The translations under genes were made by a program, and so were the position numbers. The notes beneath the pieces are model-generated. The model did not search any database and was not told where the DNA came from. It was given only the letters and a program-made list of their open reading frames with translations. 64,000 bases of DNA from Candidatus Latescibacterota bacterium. Its GTDB lineage: Bacteria > Krumholzibacteriota > Krumholzibacteriia > WVZY01 > JAKEHA01. Positions 1 through 9,752 of the stretch are shown piece after piece (position 1 is the first letter of the stretch; the number at the start of each line of letters is the position of its first letter). The stretch lies in contig OY970173.1 in assembly GCA_963707635.1 (NCBI GenBank), positions 1,152,001 through 1,216,000 of the forward strand, read 5' to 3'.

Positions 1-552
1 TCCAACGAGGAGGGTCTGGATCTGAAGGTGCTCTCCATCCGCTCGGACATGGACGACAAGATCAGCTACGAGGCGAAGCCGGGTGCGAAGAAGGGTGAGT
101 ACAGGCTGCGCGTGAGCAAGAACCCCAAGCTCCCGACGACGTCGGCGTACGGTTCGCTTATCGTCACCACCAACAGCACGCGCCACCCGGAGGCGATCCT
201 GCAAGTGCGAGTGTTGACGAAGGGTTCGATCAGTGTCAGCCCCAATGTCCTCAACTTCGGCGCGGTCAAATTCGCGGAAGGGGACACTCGCGCCGAGCCC
301 GTGTCGCGGTACGTCATGCTGACCAAGACGACGGCGGGCCGCTTCCAGATTCAAAACGTCACCGTGGACAATCCACACTTCGTCGCCAAGGTCGAGCCGA
401 TCAACGCGGGCGAAATCTATCGCGTCAACGTGACCTTCACGCCGCCGGTGAAGAGGACGAAGCGCCAGAACGAGAGGGCGGAAATGATCATTCTTACCGA
501 TGACGAGCAGGCGCCGTCGATTAGCGTCCAGCTCGTGGCGCGGACGATGTAA
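1..552 (+). CDS. Ig-like (DUF1573/ASH-type) exported protein, 5'-truncated by the window edge; paralogue of the next gene
   Basis: Frame 1 is open from base 1 to TAA at 550-552. It aligns by eye with the C-terminal half of 578..1612 (DDKISY..PGAKKGEY.L.V.KNPKLPT.S.YG; TKGSISVSP..LNFG.VKF; AEMI..TDD.Q.P...VQL.AR). Confidence 0.75.
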   Translation, partial: SNEEGLDLKVLSIRSDMDDKISYEAKPGAKKGEYRLRVSKNPKLPTTSAYGSLIVTTNSTRHPEAILQVRVLTKGSISVSPNVLNFGAVKFAEGDTRAEPVSRYVMLTKTTAGRFQIQNVTVDNPHFVAKVEPINAGEIYRVNVTFTPPVKRTKRQNERAEMIILTDDEQAPSISVQLVARTM

Positions 553-577
553 CACAGGCGTTGCGAGGAGTGCAGAG

Positions 578-1612
578 ATGAAAAGTCGCTACCTGGCTAC
601 CGTGCTCGTACTGGCAATTGCGCTGCCGGGGGTAAGTTCCGCGCAGGACGACAAGCAGAAATCGAAGGGCCCCAAGCCGGTGATCGAGATTCCCGACATG
701 ACGTTCAACCTCGGCACGGTCTTCGAGCGCGCCAAGTATGACCACACCTTCACGGTGCGCAACCGGGGCAACGGCGACCTCATCATCGAGGACGTGAAGC
801 CTGGGTGAGGATGCACCGTGGCCAAGTTCGACAAGGTCATCCCTCCTGGTCAGGAGGGGAAAATCGAAGTTTCGCTCAACGGTGAAAAGGTGCACGGCAC
901 GTTCAGCAAGACGGCGACCGTGACGAGCAACGATCCGGTGCACACGCACATCACGCTGGCTATAGAAGGGACCGAGATCCCGTACCTCAACATCGTGCCG
1001 GAGGGAGTTGTGTATCTCCATGGCCGCTACGGCGAGGTCATCGAGAAGACGCTGAAGATCACGTCGAACGAGGAGGACCCGAATTTCAAGATAACGAGCG
1101 TGACCTCCAACGTCGACGACAAGGTGACGTACCGCGTCGAGCCCGGCGCGAAGCCGGGCGAGTATGCGCTCCACGTGTTCAAGAACTCGAAGCTGCCGAC
1201 GATGTCGACGTTCGGAAATCTGTTCATCCACACCAACAGCCAGAACGCCCCCGAGACCACGCTACCGGTGCAGATAATGACCAAGGGGTCGATTTCGGTC
1301 AGCCCGACGTCGGTGAACTTCGGCGTGTTGAAGTTCACGGACGAGAACGGCCCGGGAACGCCGGCGACGCGCAGCGTGGTCGTGTCGAAATTGACGGGGC
1401 AGTTCTCGATCAAGGAAATCACGGTGAACAACCCCGAGTTCGCCGCGGGGCTCGAGCCGGTGACGCCGGGGCAGCAGTATCGAATCCAGGTGACATTCAC
1501 GCCTCCCACCCGAACGGCGTCGGGGCAGACCGAGTTCGCGGAGATGGTCCTCCACACCGACGATCCGCAGGAACCGGAGCTCCGCGTTCAGCTCATCGCA
1601 CGCGCCAGGTAA
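578..1612 (+). CDS. DUF1573-domain exported protein, probable selenoprotein (UGA at 806-808 read as Sec77, U-G-C motif)
   Basis: RBS GAGGAG at 565-570 and ATG at 578, then signal peptide MKSRYLATVLVLAIALPGVSSA. The DUF1573 signature HTFTVRNRGNGDLIIEDVKPG*GCTVAKFDKVIPPGQEGKIEV runs in one frame across a single TGA located at the first Cys of the family's CGC motif. Confidence 0.8.
840..859 (+). promoter_or_regulatory. Candidate bacterial SECIS hairpin
   Basis: TCCCTCCT-GGTC-AGGAGGGG gives 7 Watson-Crick pairs plus a U-G pair with a GGUC loop, like the apical loop of the E. coli fdhF SECIS. The loop starts 39 nt after the UGA. Confidence 0.55.
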
Positions 1613-1627
1613 CGCCAAAGGAAGTTC

Positions 1628-2680
1628 ATGAACAGGAACGTCATGATAGCGGTGGGGCTCGTGGTGGTCGTGGTTGCCGGCGGGATGCTGGTCGCGGGCC
1701 GGAGCAAGGAGGCGCCGGTGGATGCGGTTGCCGCGTCGGCCCAGATCAAGGATGAGGGGACGAAGGCGCTCGGCGAGCCGCCGACGGCGAACGTCACCCT
1801 GCCGCCCGGCGCCAACGCGTCCGCGGTGTACGCGGCGCTCACCGAGCAGATCAAAACGGTTTCCCAGCAGGCCATGTCTTCAGAAGCGCCGGATCTGCGG
1901 ACGCGGGCGTTCATGGAGATCGAGGCCAAGCTGATCGCGTTCCGCAAGGCCTACCCGGGTACGCCCGAAGCGCTCGACGCCGCATTCCAGCTCGGCACCA
2001 TGGAGTTCGGCATGCAGAGGCCGGACCAGGCGCTCCCGTATCTAGTCGAGTTCGTCGCGAAGGCGAACGAATCCCTGCACGAACAGGTGGGCTACGCGCG
2101 CTTCTATCTCGCGGAGATTTATCGCGGGCAGGGAAAGTACGACGCCGCCGAAGGCGAGTACAAGCTGGTGATTTCGAAGTACAAGGACGTCAATCCGCGC
2201 CTCACCCAGTACGCGCAGACCAACCTCGACGGCCTCACGGCCGAGCGCAAGATCGCGGTGGGAGCGGAGCCGGTTGCGTTCAGCGTGACCAGCATCGACG
2301 GCAAGAAGCTCTCGCCGGCCGACTACAAGGGTAAGGTGCTGCTCATCGATTTCTGGGCCACCTGGTGCGGTCCCTGCGTCATGGAAATGCCGAACGTCAA
2401 GAGCGTCTACAGCCGGTACCACGCGAAGGGTTTTGAGATCGTCGGCATCTCGCTGGATCAGTCGCGCGACAAGCTCGACGCATACCTCCAGCAGCAGCAG
2501 ATCGAATGGCCGCAGTACTTTGACGGCAAGTGGTGGAGCAACGACGTCGCCGTGAAGTACGGGATTACATCGATTCCCACCACCGTGCTCATCGACCGAA
2601 AGGGAAAGATCCGTTACAAGACCCTGCGCGGGAAACAGCTGGAAAAGGCCGTGCAGGAACTCCTGGACGAGGAAGTCTGA
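1628..2680 (+). CDS. Membrane-anchored TlpA/ResA-like thiol-disulfide oxidoreductase with TPR-like region
   Basis: N-terminal hydrophobic anchor, TPR-like helices (LAEIYRGQGKYDAAEGEY) and a GKVLLIDFWATWCGPC redoxin motif with the cis-Pro segment SIPTTVLIDRKG. Confidence 0.9.
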   Translation: MNRNVMIAVGLVVVVVAGGMLVAGRSKEAPVDAVAASAQIKDEGTKALGEPPTANVTLPPGANASAVYAALTEQIKTVSQQAMSSEAPDLRTRAFMEIEAKLIAFRKAYPGTPEALDAAFQLGTMEFGMQRPDQALPYLVEFVAKANESLHEQVGYARFYLAEIYRGQGKYDAAEGEYKLVISKYKDVNPRLTQYAQTNLDGLTAERKIAVGAEPVAFSVTSIDGKKLSPADYKGKVLLIDFWATWCGPCVMEMPNVKSVYSRYHAKGFEIVGISLDQSRDKLDAYLQQQQIEWPQYFDGKWWSNDVAVKYGITSIPTTVLIDRKGKIRYKTLRGKQLEKAVQELLDEEV

Positions 2681-2705
2681 CCGTATACGCCCGCAGGGCG
2701 CACGA

Positions 2706-2738
2706 GGCGGCCGGGCACGCGCCCGGCCGCCTTTTTTT
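2706..2738 (+). terminator. Rho-independent terminator
   Basis: GGCGGCCGGGC-ACGC-GCCCGGCCGCC followed by TTTTTTT, downstream of the TlpA gene. Confidence 0.85.
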
Positions 2739-2742
2739 CTGA

Positions 2743-3972
2743 TCAGCCGCGCCCGGTCAACTCGTCGACGATCGTCATTTCATCCCGGATGCGCCGGTCC
2801 CACGATACGAACTTCTCCTGCGCGAGCCGCCGGGCCGCCTCGGCCAGACGCGCGCGTCGCTGTTCGTCGCCGAGGAGCCGCCCGATCGCGGCCGCCAGCG
2901 CATCGACGTCGCCATCCTTCACCACCAGCCCGGTTGCTTCGTCCCGGACCACGGTGGTGGTGTCGCCGGTGTCGTATGCGATCACCGGGACGCCGCAGAT
3001 CATCGCCTCGCACGTCGGCAGCGCGCGGTTGGTCAGCGTGCTGGTGGAGACGAAGACGTCCGCGGCGGCCATTAGAGTCGGCACGTCGTCGTGGGCGACG
3101 GTGCCCAGGAAGTGGGTTCGCTCCGTCAGACGGAGTTCTCGCGCCGCCTGCTCGCAGGCGCGGCGCTGACTGCCGTCGCCGGCGAACACGAATCGCGCCG
3201 GCGCTTCCACGCGGGCGGCGGCGTGCAGGAGGTCGAGCGGCCGTTTCGATTCGACCAGCCGGGCCAGGAACAGCACGACGGGGCCGTCCGACGGCAGCTC
3301 GAACTTCGCGCGCGCGGCCGAGCGGTCGACCTTCGCGTCCATCCACTCCATATTGAGCCCGTTGGGGAGAAAGTGGATGCGGCCCCAGGGGATCCCGCGC
3401 CCGCGCAGGATCCGGTCCCCGCGCGTGCCGTCGTCGAGCACGATCCATGCGTCCTGCGGAAACTCGAGGGCGAGGAGCTGCTCGACGTTCTTGAACCAGT
3501 ACTTGAGCGGCGGCCACTCGGTGTGGACCAGGTCCATCACGCCGAAGAGTTTCACCGCGGAGCGCACGCCCAGGCGCCGGGCGCAGAGCCAGGTGGCGAA
3601 GGTCGAGTAGTGCGAGTGCCCGAGCACGAGGTCGGCCCCCAGCGACTTCGCGAGCGACAGCGCGCGCGGTGCGACCAGCACGTGAAATAGGAGCGGCCAC
3701 AGCGGGCGCTTGAATGGAGTGGGAAGCCACCGCGTGAGCCGGAAGAAGTTGGGATAGAAGTGCGTGGTCACGCGGGGGTCGCGCTTCGCGGAGCGCGGGC
3801 GGAGAAAGTGAAGTTGGTAGCCGGCGCGGATGAAGCCGTCGATGAAGCGATCGTCGTCGGAGACGCCGGCGGCGACGTCATCGCGGCCCAGGGACCACAC
3901 CGTCTCCCACGGCGAGACGACCAGGATGCACGCCCGGTCCGGGCGCGCGGGTGGTTCGCGCCCGCTGCTCAC
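2743..3972 (-). CDS. Glycosyltransferase family 4 (GT-B)
   Basis: Motifs LPNGLN, VLFLARLVESKRP, ADVFVSTS and EAMICGVPVIAYDTG. The GTG start overlaps the stop of the upstream FAH gene (GTGA). Confidence 0.88.
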   Translation of the reverse strand: MSSGREPPARPDRACILVVSPWETVWSLGRDDVAAGVSDDDRFIDGFIRAGYQLHFLRPRSAKRDPRVTTHFYPNFFRLTRWLPTPFKRPLWPLLFHVLVAPRALSLAKSLGADLVLGHSHYSTFATWLCARRLGVRSAVKLFGVMDLVHTEWPPLKYWFKNVEQLLALEFPQDAWIVLDDGTRGDRILRGRGIPWGRIHFLPNGLNMEWMDAKVDRSAARAKFELPSDGPVVLFLARLVESKRPLDLLHAAARVEAPARFVFAGDGSQRRACEQAARELRLTERTHFLGTVAHDDVPTLMAAADVFVSTSTLTNRALPTCEAMICGVPVIAYDTGDTTTVVRDEATGLVVKDGDVDALAAAIGRLLGDEQRRARLAEAARRLAQEKFVSWDRRIRDEMTIVDELTGRG

Positions 3973-4826
3973 CCGATCCTGCACGACAACGAGCCGATCC
4001 GGCCGATGGTTGCGACGAGGCGGTCGCCGCGCGCGAGGAAGCGCGGCGGCTTGCGATAGACGCCCACGCCCGCGGGCGTCCCGGTCGCGACCACGTCGCC
4101 CGGTTCGAGCGTGGCGGTCTGGGAAATGTGGTGGACGAGGAAGTCGACGGTGAACGTCATGCGGTCGGTGCGGCTCGACTGCATGGTCTCGCCGTTCAAG
4201 GCGAGCGCGATGTCGAGCGCGTGCGGGTCCGGAACCTCGTCGCGCGTAACCAGCCACGGGCCGAAGGGGCCGCTCCCGTCCGCGCTCTTGGCGCGAAACC
4301 ACTGCTTCTCCTTCGCCTGGAGGTCGCGCGCGGTCAGGTCCATGAACACCGAGTATCCCGCGACGTACTCATACGCCCCCTCGAGCGGAACCCGGCGCGC
4401 GCGGCGTCCGATCACGAACGCCAGCTCGACCTCGTAGTCGAACTGTTCGACGCCGATCGGATATGGCACCGTGTCGCCGTCGCCGCAAATCGAGTTCGGT
4501 CCCTTCGCGAACATCATCGGGTAGTCGGGCGCGGCCTTGCCCTGCTCCTCGGCGTGGTCGGCGTAGTTCAGACCCAGGCAGACGATCTTCGACGGGTTGA
4601 CGATCGGCGGTCCAAGCCGCACGTCGGTTCGCGGATGGCGCGCGGCGCGGGGCAGCGTGTCCGCGCGCCCGACGATTGCCCGGACCTCGTCCAGCGCCTC
4701 GCCGGCGAGGATGTCGCGCACGGTTCTGGGGAAGGACGAGGATACGGCACCGAGATCGACCACGGTGTCGCCTACGACGACGCCCGGCTTCTCTTCGCCG
4801 GCGGGACCGAAGCTCACCAGTTTCAT
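3969..4826 (-). CDS. Fumarylacetoacetate hydrolase family protein
   Basis: Motifs KIVCLGLNYADHAEE, DYEVELAFVIG, DLTARDLQ and TLEPGDVVATGTPAGVG. Confidence 0.93.
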   Translation of the reverse strand: MKLVSFGPAGEEKPGVVVGDTVVDLGAVSSSFPRTVRDILAGEALDEVRAIVGRADTLPRAARHPRTDVRLGPPIVNPSKIVCLGLNYADHAEEQGKAAPDYPMMFAKGPNSICGDGDTVPYPIGVEQFDYEVELAFVIGRRARRVPLEGAYEYVAGYSVFMDLTARDLQAKEKQWFRAKSADGSGPFGPWLVTRDEVPDPHALDIALALNGETMQSSRTDRMTFTVDFLVHHISQTATLEPGDVVATGTPAGVGVYRKPPRFLARGDRLVATIGRIGSLSCRIG

Positions 4827-4828
4827 GG

Positions 4829-6688
4829 TCAGCCCGCGATCTGTTGCAGCCGGCGGAGAAATTCGTTCTTGTCGATGAACTGCACCGCGCGCAGGTCTTT
4901 CACTTCCGCGCCGCGCTTGTCGATGAAGATCAAGGTCGGCACGCCGCGAATGTCGTACTTCTTGCGCAGCGCGCGCACGTCGGGCGATCCGTGCTGGGTC
5001 AGGTCAGCCTTGAGGGTGATGATATCCTCCGCGGCGGCGACCACCTCGGGCTGGTTGAATGTCTGGTGCTCCAGTTCGCGGCACGGCAGACACCAGCTGG
5101 CGGAGAAATCGATCACGACCGGCTTGCCGCCCGCGATCGCGTCGGCGAGCGCCACCTCGGCGTAGGGAGCCCAGACGATTGCCTCGCCCTTTTCGCGCCC
5201 CAGCATGTGGCCGGGTGCGAGCATCACGTAGAGGCCATAAAGCGGCGCCGCCACACCCACGAATCGCCGGAACGCGGTGAACAAGAGCGCGGAGGCGCGC
5301 ACCCGCGACACGAAGCCGAGCCATACCCCGCCGACGACCAGCACGGCGCCGAGCAGGCCGAAATAGAGCGCGTCGTTGAGCAGCGGATCGAGGAAGTACA
5401 CCGCCATCGCGAGCAGCACGACGCCGAACAACCGCCGCACCCATTCCATCCACTCGCCCGACTTGGGGAGCTGGCGGATGTTGCCCGACGCCACCGCGAG
5501 CACGACGAAAGGAGTGCCGAGGCCCAGCGCCAGCACGAAGAACAGGGAGAAGCCGAGCAGCAGGCTCCCCCGTTCGCCGACGAAGGTAAGCAGCCCGAGC
5601 ACGAAGGGGCCGATGCACGGCGCGGCAACGATCCCCACCGTCAGCCCCATCAGGAACGAGCCCAGCGACCCCTGTTTCGCGGTTCCGGCCACGCCGGCAA
5701 GCCGGGTGGGCACGCGAATCTCGTAGTAACCGAACATCGACATCGCGAGCCCGACCATCACCAGCGAGATCGCGATCACGACGATCGGGTTCTGGAGCGC
5801 CGACCCGAACAGACTGCCGGTGAACGCGGCGAAGAGTCCGAGCGCCGAATAGGTGGTCGCCATGCCCAGCAGATAGAGCAGCGCCAGCATCACGGTGCGC
5901 GACCCGCGCCCGCGCGCCTGGCCGCCGAAGTAGCTCACCGTGATCGGAATCATGGGATACACGCACGGGGTCAGGTTCAGCGCCAGGCCGCCGATGAACA
6001 CCAGCACGAATCCGAACAGCAGCCCGCGCGAGGCGATGGCCTGCTGGAGGGTATTCTCCTCGCCGGCGCTGGCGCCGGCGCCGTCGCTGGTCTCCGCGTC
6101 CATCGTGCCCAGCGCGCCGAAATCGATCCGGTCGAAGACGTCCGCGTTCGCGAGATCGACCGCGTCGACCGGCGACGAAATCGCCACCGGGATGAACACC
6201 TCGGAGGTCTGCGGCAGCAGGCACTTCTCGTTATCGCAGGCCTGGTAGGTGACGATCGCCTTGAGCGCGGCCTGCCCGATCGGCGCGTCCCCGGCCACGT
6301 CGATCACGGCGCCGATGTAGACGGTGCCTTCGTAGAGCCGCAGCGGAGTTTCCGCGAATGCGAGCTTCTTCTCCACGTACTTCGGATAGACAATGCCGCG
6401 AACGGTGATGCCGGCGGGCGCTTCGATCGCGACCTCGGTCGGAATCAGGAAGTCTTCGGTCACCTGGTTCGCGTTCACGTGCCAGGGCGCGCGAATGGCA
6501 ATGGCGACTGCCACCTGCGCGGTGCCGCCCTGAGGGACGTTGGTGAGCGAAAGGTACCCGGTGGTCGTGATCGGCTCCGCGAACGGGTCGGCGAACGGCG
6601 TCGCGGTGTCGATGGCCCACGCGCCGCCGACCGGAGCCACCACCGCAAGCGCGGCGGCCAGGACCGCAAGTAAGAAAGTTTTTCTCAT
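4829..6688 (-). CDS. dsbD: Thiol:disulfide interchange protein DsbD (alpha, TM and thioredoxin domains)
   Basis: Signal peptide, then YQACDNEKCLLP (alpha), LTPCVYPMIPIT and AAPCIGP (TM), and DFSASWCLPCRELE (gamma). Confidence 0.9.
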   Translation of the reverse strand: MRKTFLLAVLAAALAVVAPVGGAWAIDTATPFADPFAEPITTTGYLSLTNVPQGGTAQVAVAIAIRAPWHVNANQVTEDFLIPTEVAIEAPAGITVRGIVYPKYVEKKLAFAETPLRLYEGTVYIGAVIDVAGDAPIGQAALKAIVTYQACDNEKCLLPQTSEVFIPVAISSPVDAVDLANADVFDRIDFGALGTMDAETSDGAGASAGEENTLQQAIASRGLLFGFVLVFIGGLALNLTPCVYPMIPITVSYFGGQARGRGSRTVMLALLYLLGMATTYSALGLFAAFTGSLFGSALQNPIVVIAISLVMVGLAMSMFGYYEIRVPTRLAGVAGTAKQGSLGSFLMGLTVGIVAAPCIGPFVLGLLTFVGERGSLLLGFSLFFVLALGLGTPFVVLAVASGNIRQLPKSGEWMEWVRRLFGVVLLAMAVYFLDPLLNDALYFGLLGAVLVVGGVWLGFVSRVRASALLFTAFRRFVGVAAPLYGLYVMLAPGHMLGREKGEAIVWAPYAEVALADAIAGGKPVVIDFSASWCLPCRELEHQTFNQPEVVAAAEDIITLKADLTQHGSPDVRALRKKYDIRGVPTLIFIDKRGAEVKDLRAVQFIDKNEFLRRLQQIAG

Positions 6689-6702
6689 AGGTAGTGTGTC
6701 GA

Positions 6703-7188
6703 TCAATCCGGCGCCGACTGCGCCATTCGGTCCAGCATGAACGGGGCGAAGCGCTTGTAGATCGGTCGAAGGACCTTCCAGTAGCGCCTACCCTTGGGTT
6801 CCTGAATCCTGACCGCGGTGGCGATCGAAAGGGTGGCGGGGTCGGTTCCGCGATCCAGGATGTACGAGAGGAAGTACTGGAGACCCAGGGTATGGCCCTC
6901 GAACACCACTTCTCGCTCGTCGCGGTACACTTCGCGGTCCCCCTTGTGAAACGCGTGCTCGATCACGGTCTCGAGCTTGACATAGGTGGTGAATTCCAGC
7001 GGCACGCGGTAACAGTCGACGTAGTCGACCGGCCCCAGCTGGTTGGCGATGTAACTGTACGAAGGAACCGGAATCGGCACCACGTCGTGAGTGCCCGCGA
7101 CCCCCGCCATGATGAACACGCCGATGATGGCCGTGATCACCACTACGATCGCGATCACCACCACCGCTTTCAACACCGTGCCGATCAT
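6703..7188 (-). CDS. DUF2867-like membrane-anchored protein
   Basis: N-terminal TM segment and a DYVDCYRV ... TAVRIQEPKGRRYWKVLRPIYK pattern typical of DUF2867. Confidence 0.55.
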   Translation of the reverse strand: MIGTVLKAVVVIAIVVVITAIIGVFIMAGVAGTHDVVPIPVPSYSYIANQLGPVDYVDCYRVPLEFTTYVKLETVIEHAFHKGDREVYRDEREVVFEGHTLGLQYFLSYILDRGTDPATLSIATAVRIQEPKGRRYWKVLRPIYKRFAPFMLDRMAQSAPD

Positions 7189-7937
7189 GGAGTTTCCATC
7201 CTCACCAGCCGGGTTTCGAACACCGCCGTGAACGGGCCCCGCTTACCCCTATGTTGCACCAAGACGTGCGGCGCGTCCACGGTGATCCAGAAGGTGATCT
7301 TGGGGCGGAACACGAGCACCCGGACGGTGACTTCCATGCGGTGGCACGCGAACGTTCCTGCGGGCACGGCGATGGTCTCGATTCCGCGGTCGCGCACGTC
7401 GACGTCGACGGTTCGGTGCGACCAGTCCGCCATGAACACGTCCCGGGCCTCGGGATCGCCGAAGGGAAAGTGCCGCATCCACAGGAGCAGGGAAGCGTCC
7501 GCCGCGATCGGCCGATCGCGGGGGCACTCGGCGCGGGAGGTTTGGGTCTCGCCGTCGCGCCAGGTCTCCATGACCAGCGTCGAGCCGTCGACCCGGAGCG
7601 AGTCGCTCTCATACACCGAGCCGTCGCGCCCGTAGCGCCGCCGGACCGCCGTGACCAGGACTCCGGCTTCCGTGGTCTCGATCACCCCGCGGTCCACCAG
7701 ACCGCCGCCGAAGCGGATGTCGAACGCGTACACCGCTCCCACGCGCGTCGAGGTGATGGTGACGGAATGCGTCTCCTCGGTCGCGCTGTCAGCGTGTTCG
7801 GGGCTGGCGAGGTAGACGTACCGCTCGACCACCGCCGCCGTGTCGGTGGGAGCCGACTCCGCGCGCCCGCTCCGGCCCCCGCCCAATGCGACGGCGAGCG
7901 TGGCGAGAGCCGTTACGAGGATCCGCGCAGACGCCAC
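7185..7937 (-). CDS. Exported hypothetical protein (DUF3108-like beta-rich fold)
   Basis: Signal peptide ARILVTALATLAVALGG and an ETIAVPAGTFACHRMEV motif. The start (GTG 7937) is uncertain. Confidence 0.55.
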   Translation of the reverse strand: MASARILVTALATLAVALGGGRSGRAESAPTDTAAVVERYVYLASPEHADSATEETHSVTITSTRVGAVYAFDIRFGGGLVDRGVIETTEAGVLVTAVRRRYGRDGSVYESDSLRVDGSTLVMETWRDGETQTSRAECPRDRPIAADASLLLWMRHFPFGDPEARDVFMADWSHRTVDVDVRDRGIETIAVPAGTFACHRMEVTVRVLVFRPKITFWITVDAPHVLVQHRGKRGPFTAVFETRLVRMETP

Positions 7938-8875
7938 AAGAAATACGCGAACGGGATGAGGCCGAACCACATGATGAAATTGAGCGCGTTGATCATAATG
8001 GAGTCGATGCGGCGGTCGTAGTTGCCCGAGCGCGCGAAGCGGGTCAGCACGAACGCCAGCGCGAGTGCGTGCGGGACGGTGAGAAAGAACACGAGTCCGA
8101 AGCTTCCCGGCACGAGCCCGTCCATCCACAGTGTGATGCCACCCACGCTGGCCGCGACGGCGGCGAACGACGCGATGAACGCGGCCCGCGTCGGCCCGAA
8201 AATCACGCTGTACGAGCGCTTGTTCACGGAGGCGTCGGCGGCGTGGTCGGGAATGCCGGCGACGGTGTTGGCGGCGAACACCGCGCAGAAGACCGGCATG
8301 CTCACGAGATACGGGAGCGGGTCGTGCCAGTCGCCGCCCTGTGAGACCCACCCGAAGAGCATCGCGTAGGTGCTGTGGGTGAAGGAGACGACTATCTCCC
8401 CGTAGCCGCGGTAGCTCAATTTGAGCGGCGGCGCCGTGTAGCCGAGGCCGAGGACGGCGCCGAGCACGACCAGCACGGCCACGGGCAGGCGCTGATCGGC
8501 CGGCGTGCGGAAGAGCAGCAAGCCGGCTGCGGCGAGCAGCACGACGATCGCGCCGGTCGCGGCGCGCTGGACTTCCTGGCGGCGCAGCGCCCCGACCACC
8601 AGCATGCGGGAGCCTCCGGTGAACGGGCTGGCGTTGCGATTGCGCAGGTCGCCCTCGTAGTCGAAGTGCTCGTTGGTGAGGACGGTGGCGAATTCGATCA
8701 GGAACAGGCACGCGTAGGCGAGGAGCGCGCGGGTCCAGTCGAAGGCGCCCCCCGCCAGTGCCGCCGCGATCGCACCGGCCCCGTAGACGAAGATCACCAT
8801 CGGGTAGAACTGCAAACGCGCGACGCGGAACCACGCGATCGGTCTCGGGATCACGGCTGCCGGCATGTGGTTCAT
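7913..8875 (-). CDS. menA: UbiA-superfamily prenyltransferase, MenA-like (1,4-dihydroxy-2-naphthoate polyprenyltransferase)
   Basis: Motifs NEHFDYEGD..N..PFTGGSR, YTAPPLKLSYRGYGE and IPDHAAD...K, with multiple TM helices. Confidence 0.7.
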   Translation of the reverse strand: MNHMPAAVIPRPIAWFRVARLQFYPMVIFVYGAGAIAAALAGGAFDWTRALLAYACLFLIEFATVLTNEHFDYEGDLRNRNASPFTGGSRMLVVGALRRQEVQRAATGAIVVLLAAAGLLLFRTPADQRLPVAVLVVLGAVLGLGYTAPPLKLSYRGYGEIVVSFTHSTYAMLFGWVSQGGDWHDPLPYLVSMPVFCAVFAANTVAGIPDHAADASVNKRSYSVIFGPTRAAFIASFAAVAASVGGITLWMDGLVPGSFGLVFFLTVPHALALAFVLTRFARSGNYDRRIDSIMINALNFIMWFGLIPFAYFLWRLRGSS

Positions 8876-9507
8876 CGCTTGACCGCGATGGTGATCCCGT
8901 CGCGGATCGGGAGCATGACGTGCTCCACGCGCGGGTCGCGCGCGATGTGTTCGTTGAACGCGGCCAGCGCGCGCGCGTCCGCCTCCTTCGGGGCGAGGAC
9001 CTCTCCGCTCCAGAGCACGTTGTCCGCCAGGATTACGCCGCCCGCGCGGACCTTGGGCAGGCAGGCGTCCCAGTAATGGATGTAGTTGGTCTTGTCGGCG
9101 TCGATGAACACCAGGTCGATCGGACCGGCGAGGCCGGCGATGGTGTCGAGCGCGGGGGCGAGCCGGAGCACGATCTTTTTCCCGTGGAGGCTTTGATTCC
9201 AGTACTTGGTCGCGATCGCGGTGGCCTTGGGATCGATGTCGCAGGTGACGATCTCGCCGTCGTCGGGAAGCCCCTCCGCCATCGCGAGCGCGCTGTAACC
9301 GGTGAAGGTGCCGATCTCGAGTACGCGCCGCGCCGAGGTCATGCGCACGAGCAATTTCAGCAGGAGTCCCTCGCCGTGGCCGACCATCATCTGGGGCTGG
9401 GTGGTGGCGGCGCGCGTCTCGGCCGCGAGTTCCTTGTAGAGGGTTGCTTCCGGCGACGAATGCGCGTCGGCGTAGGCTTGGATGTTTTCGGGAACAAACG
9501 AGATCAC
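8872..9507 (-). CDS. Class I SAM-dependent O-methyltransferase (caffeoyl-CoA OMT/YrrM-like)
   Basis: Motifs VLEIGTFTGYSAL, DLVFIDADK and GGVILADNVLWSG. Confidence 0.92.
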   Translation of the reverse strand: MISFVPENIQAYADAHSSPEATLYKELAAETRAATTQPQMMVGHGEGLLLKLLVRMTSARRVLEIGTFTGYSALAMAEGLPDDGEIVTCDIDPKATAIATKYWNQSLHGKKIVLRLAPALDTIAGLAGPIDLVFIDADKTNYIHYWDACLPKVRAGGVILADNVLWSGEVLAPKEADARALAAFNEHIARDPRVEHVMLPIRDGITIAVKR

Positions 9508-9752
9508 GGCGGCCTTCCTGCTCCGAAAGAATACGCGATGGTGGCGTTTCAAGCAAGCTCCCATGGGCGCGTGAGCGCGCCCGGAGCGGCTCGCGAGGAC
9601 GATTCCGGAGCGAATCCGCAGCGCGCTTTCAACCATCGCGCGCGAGGACCCTGAGCGAAGGAACGTCTTCGCGAGCCGGTAGTTTCCCAGGAAACTACGC
9701 GCGAGCCGGGTGGTTGAACAATGTCACCAGCGCTGATAAGCTGCGCGTCTCG

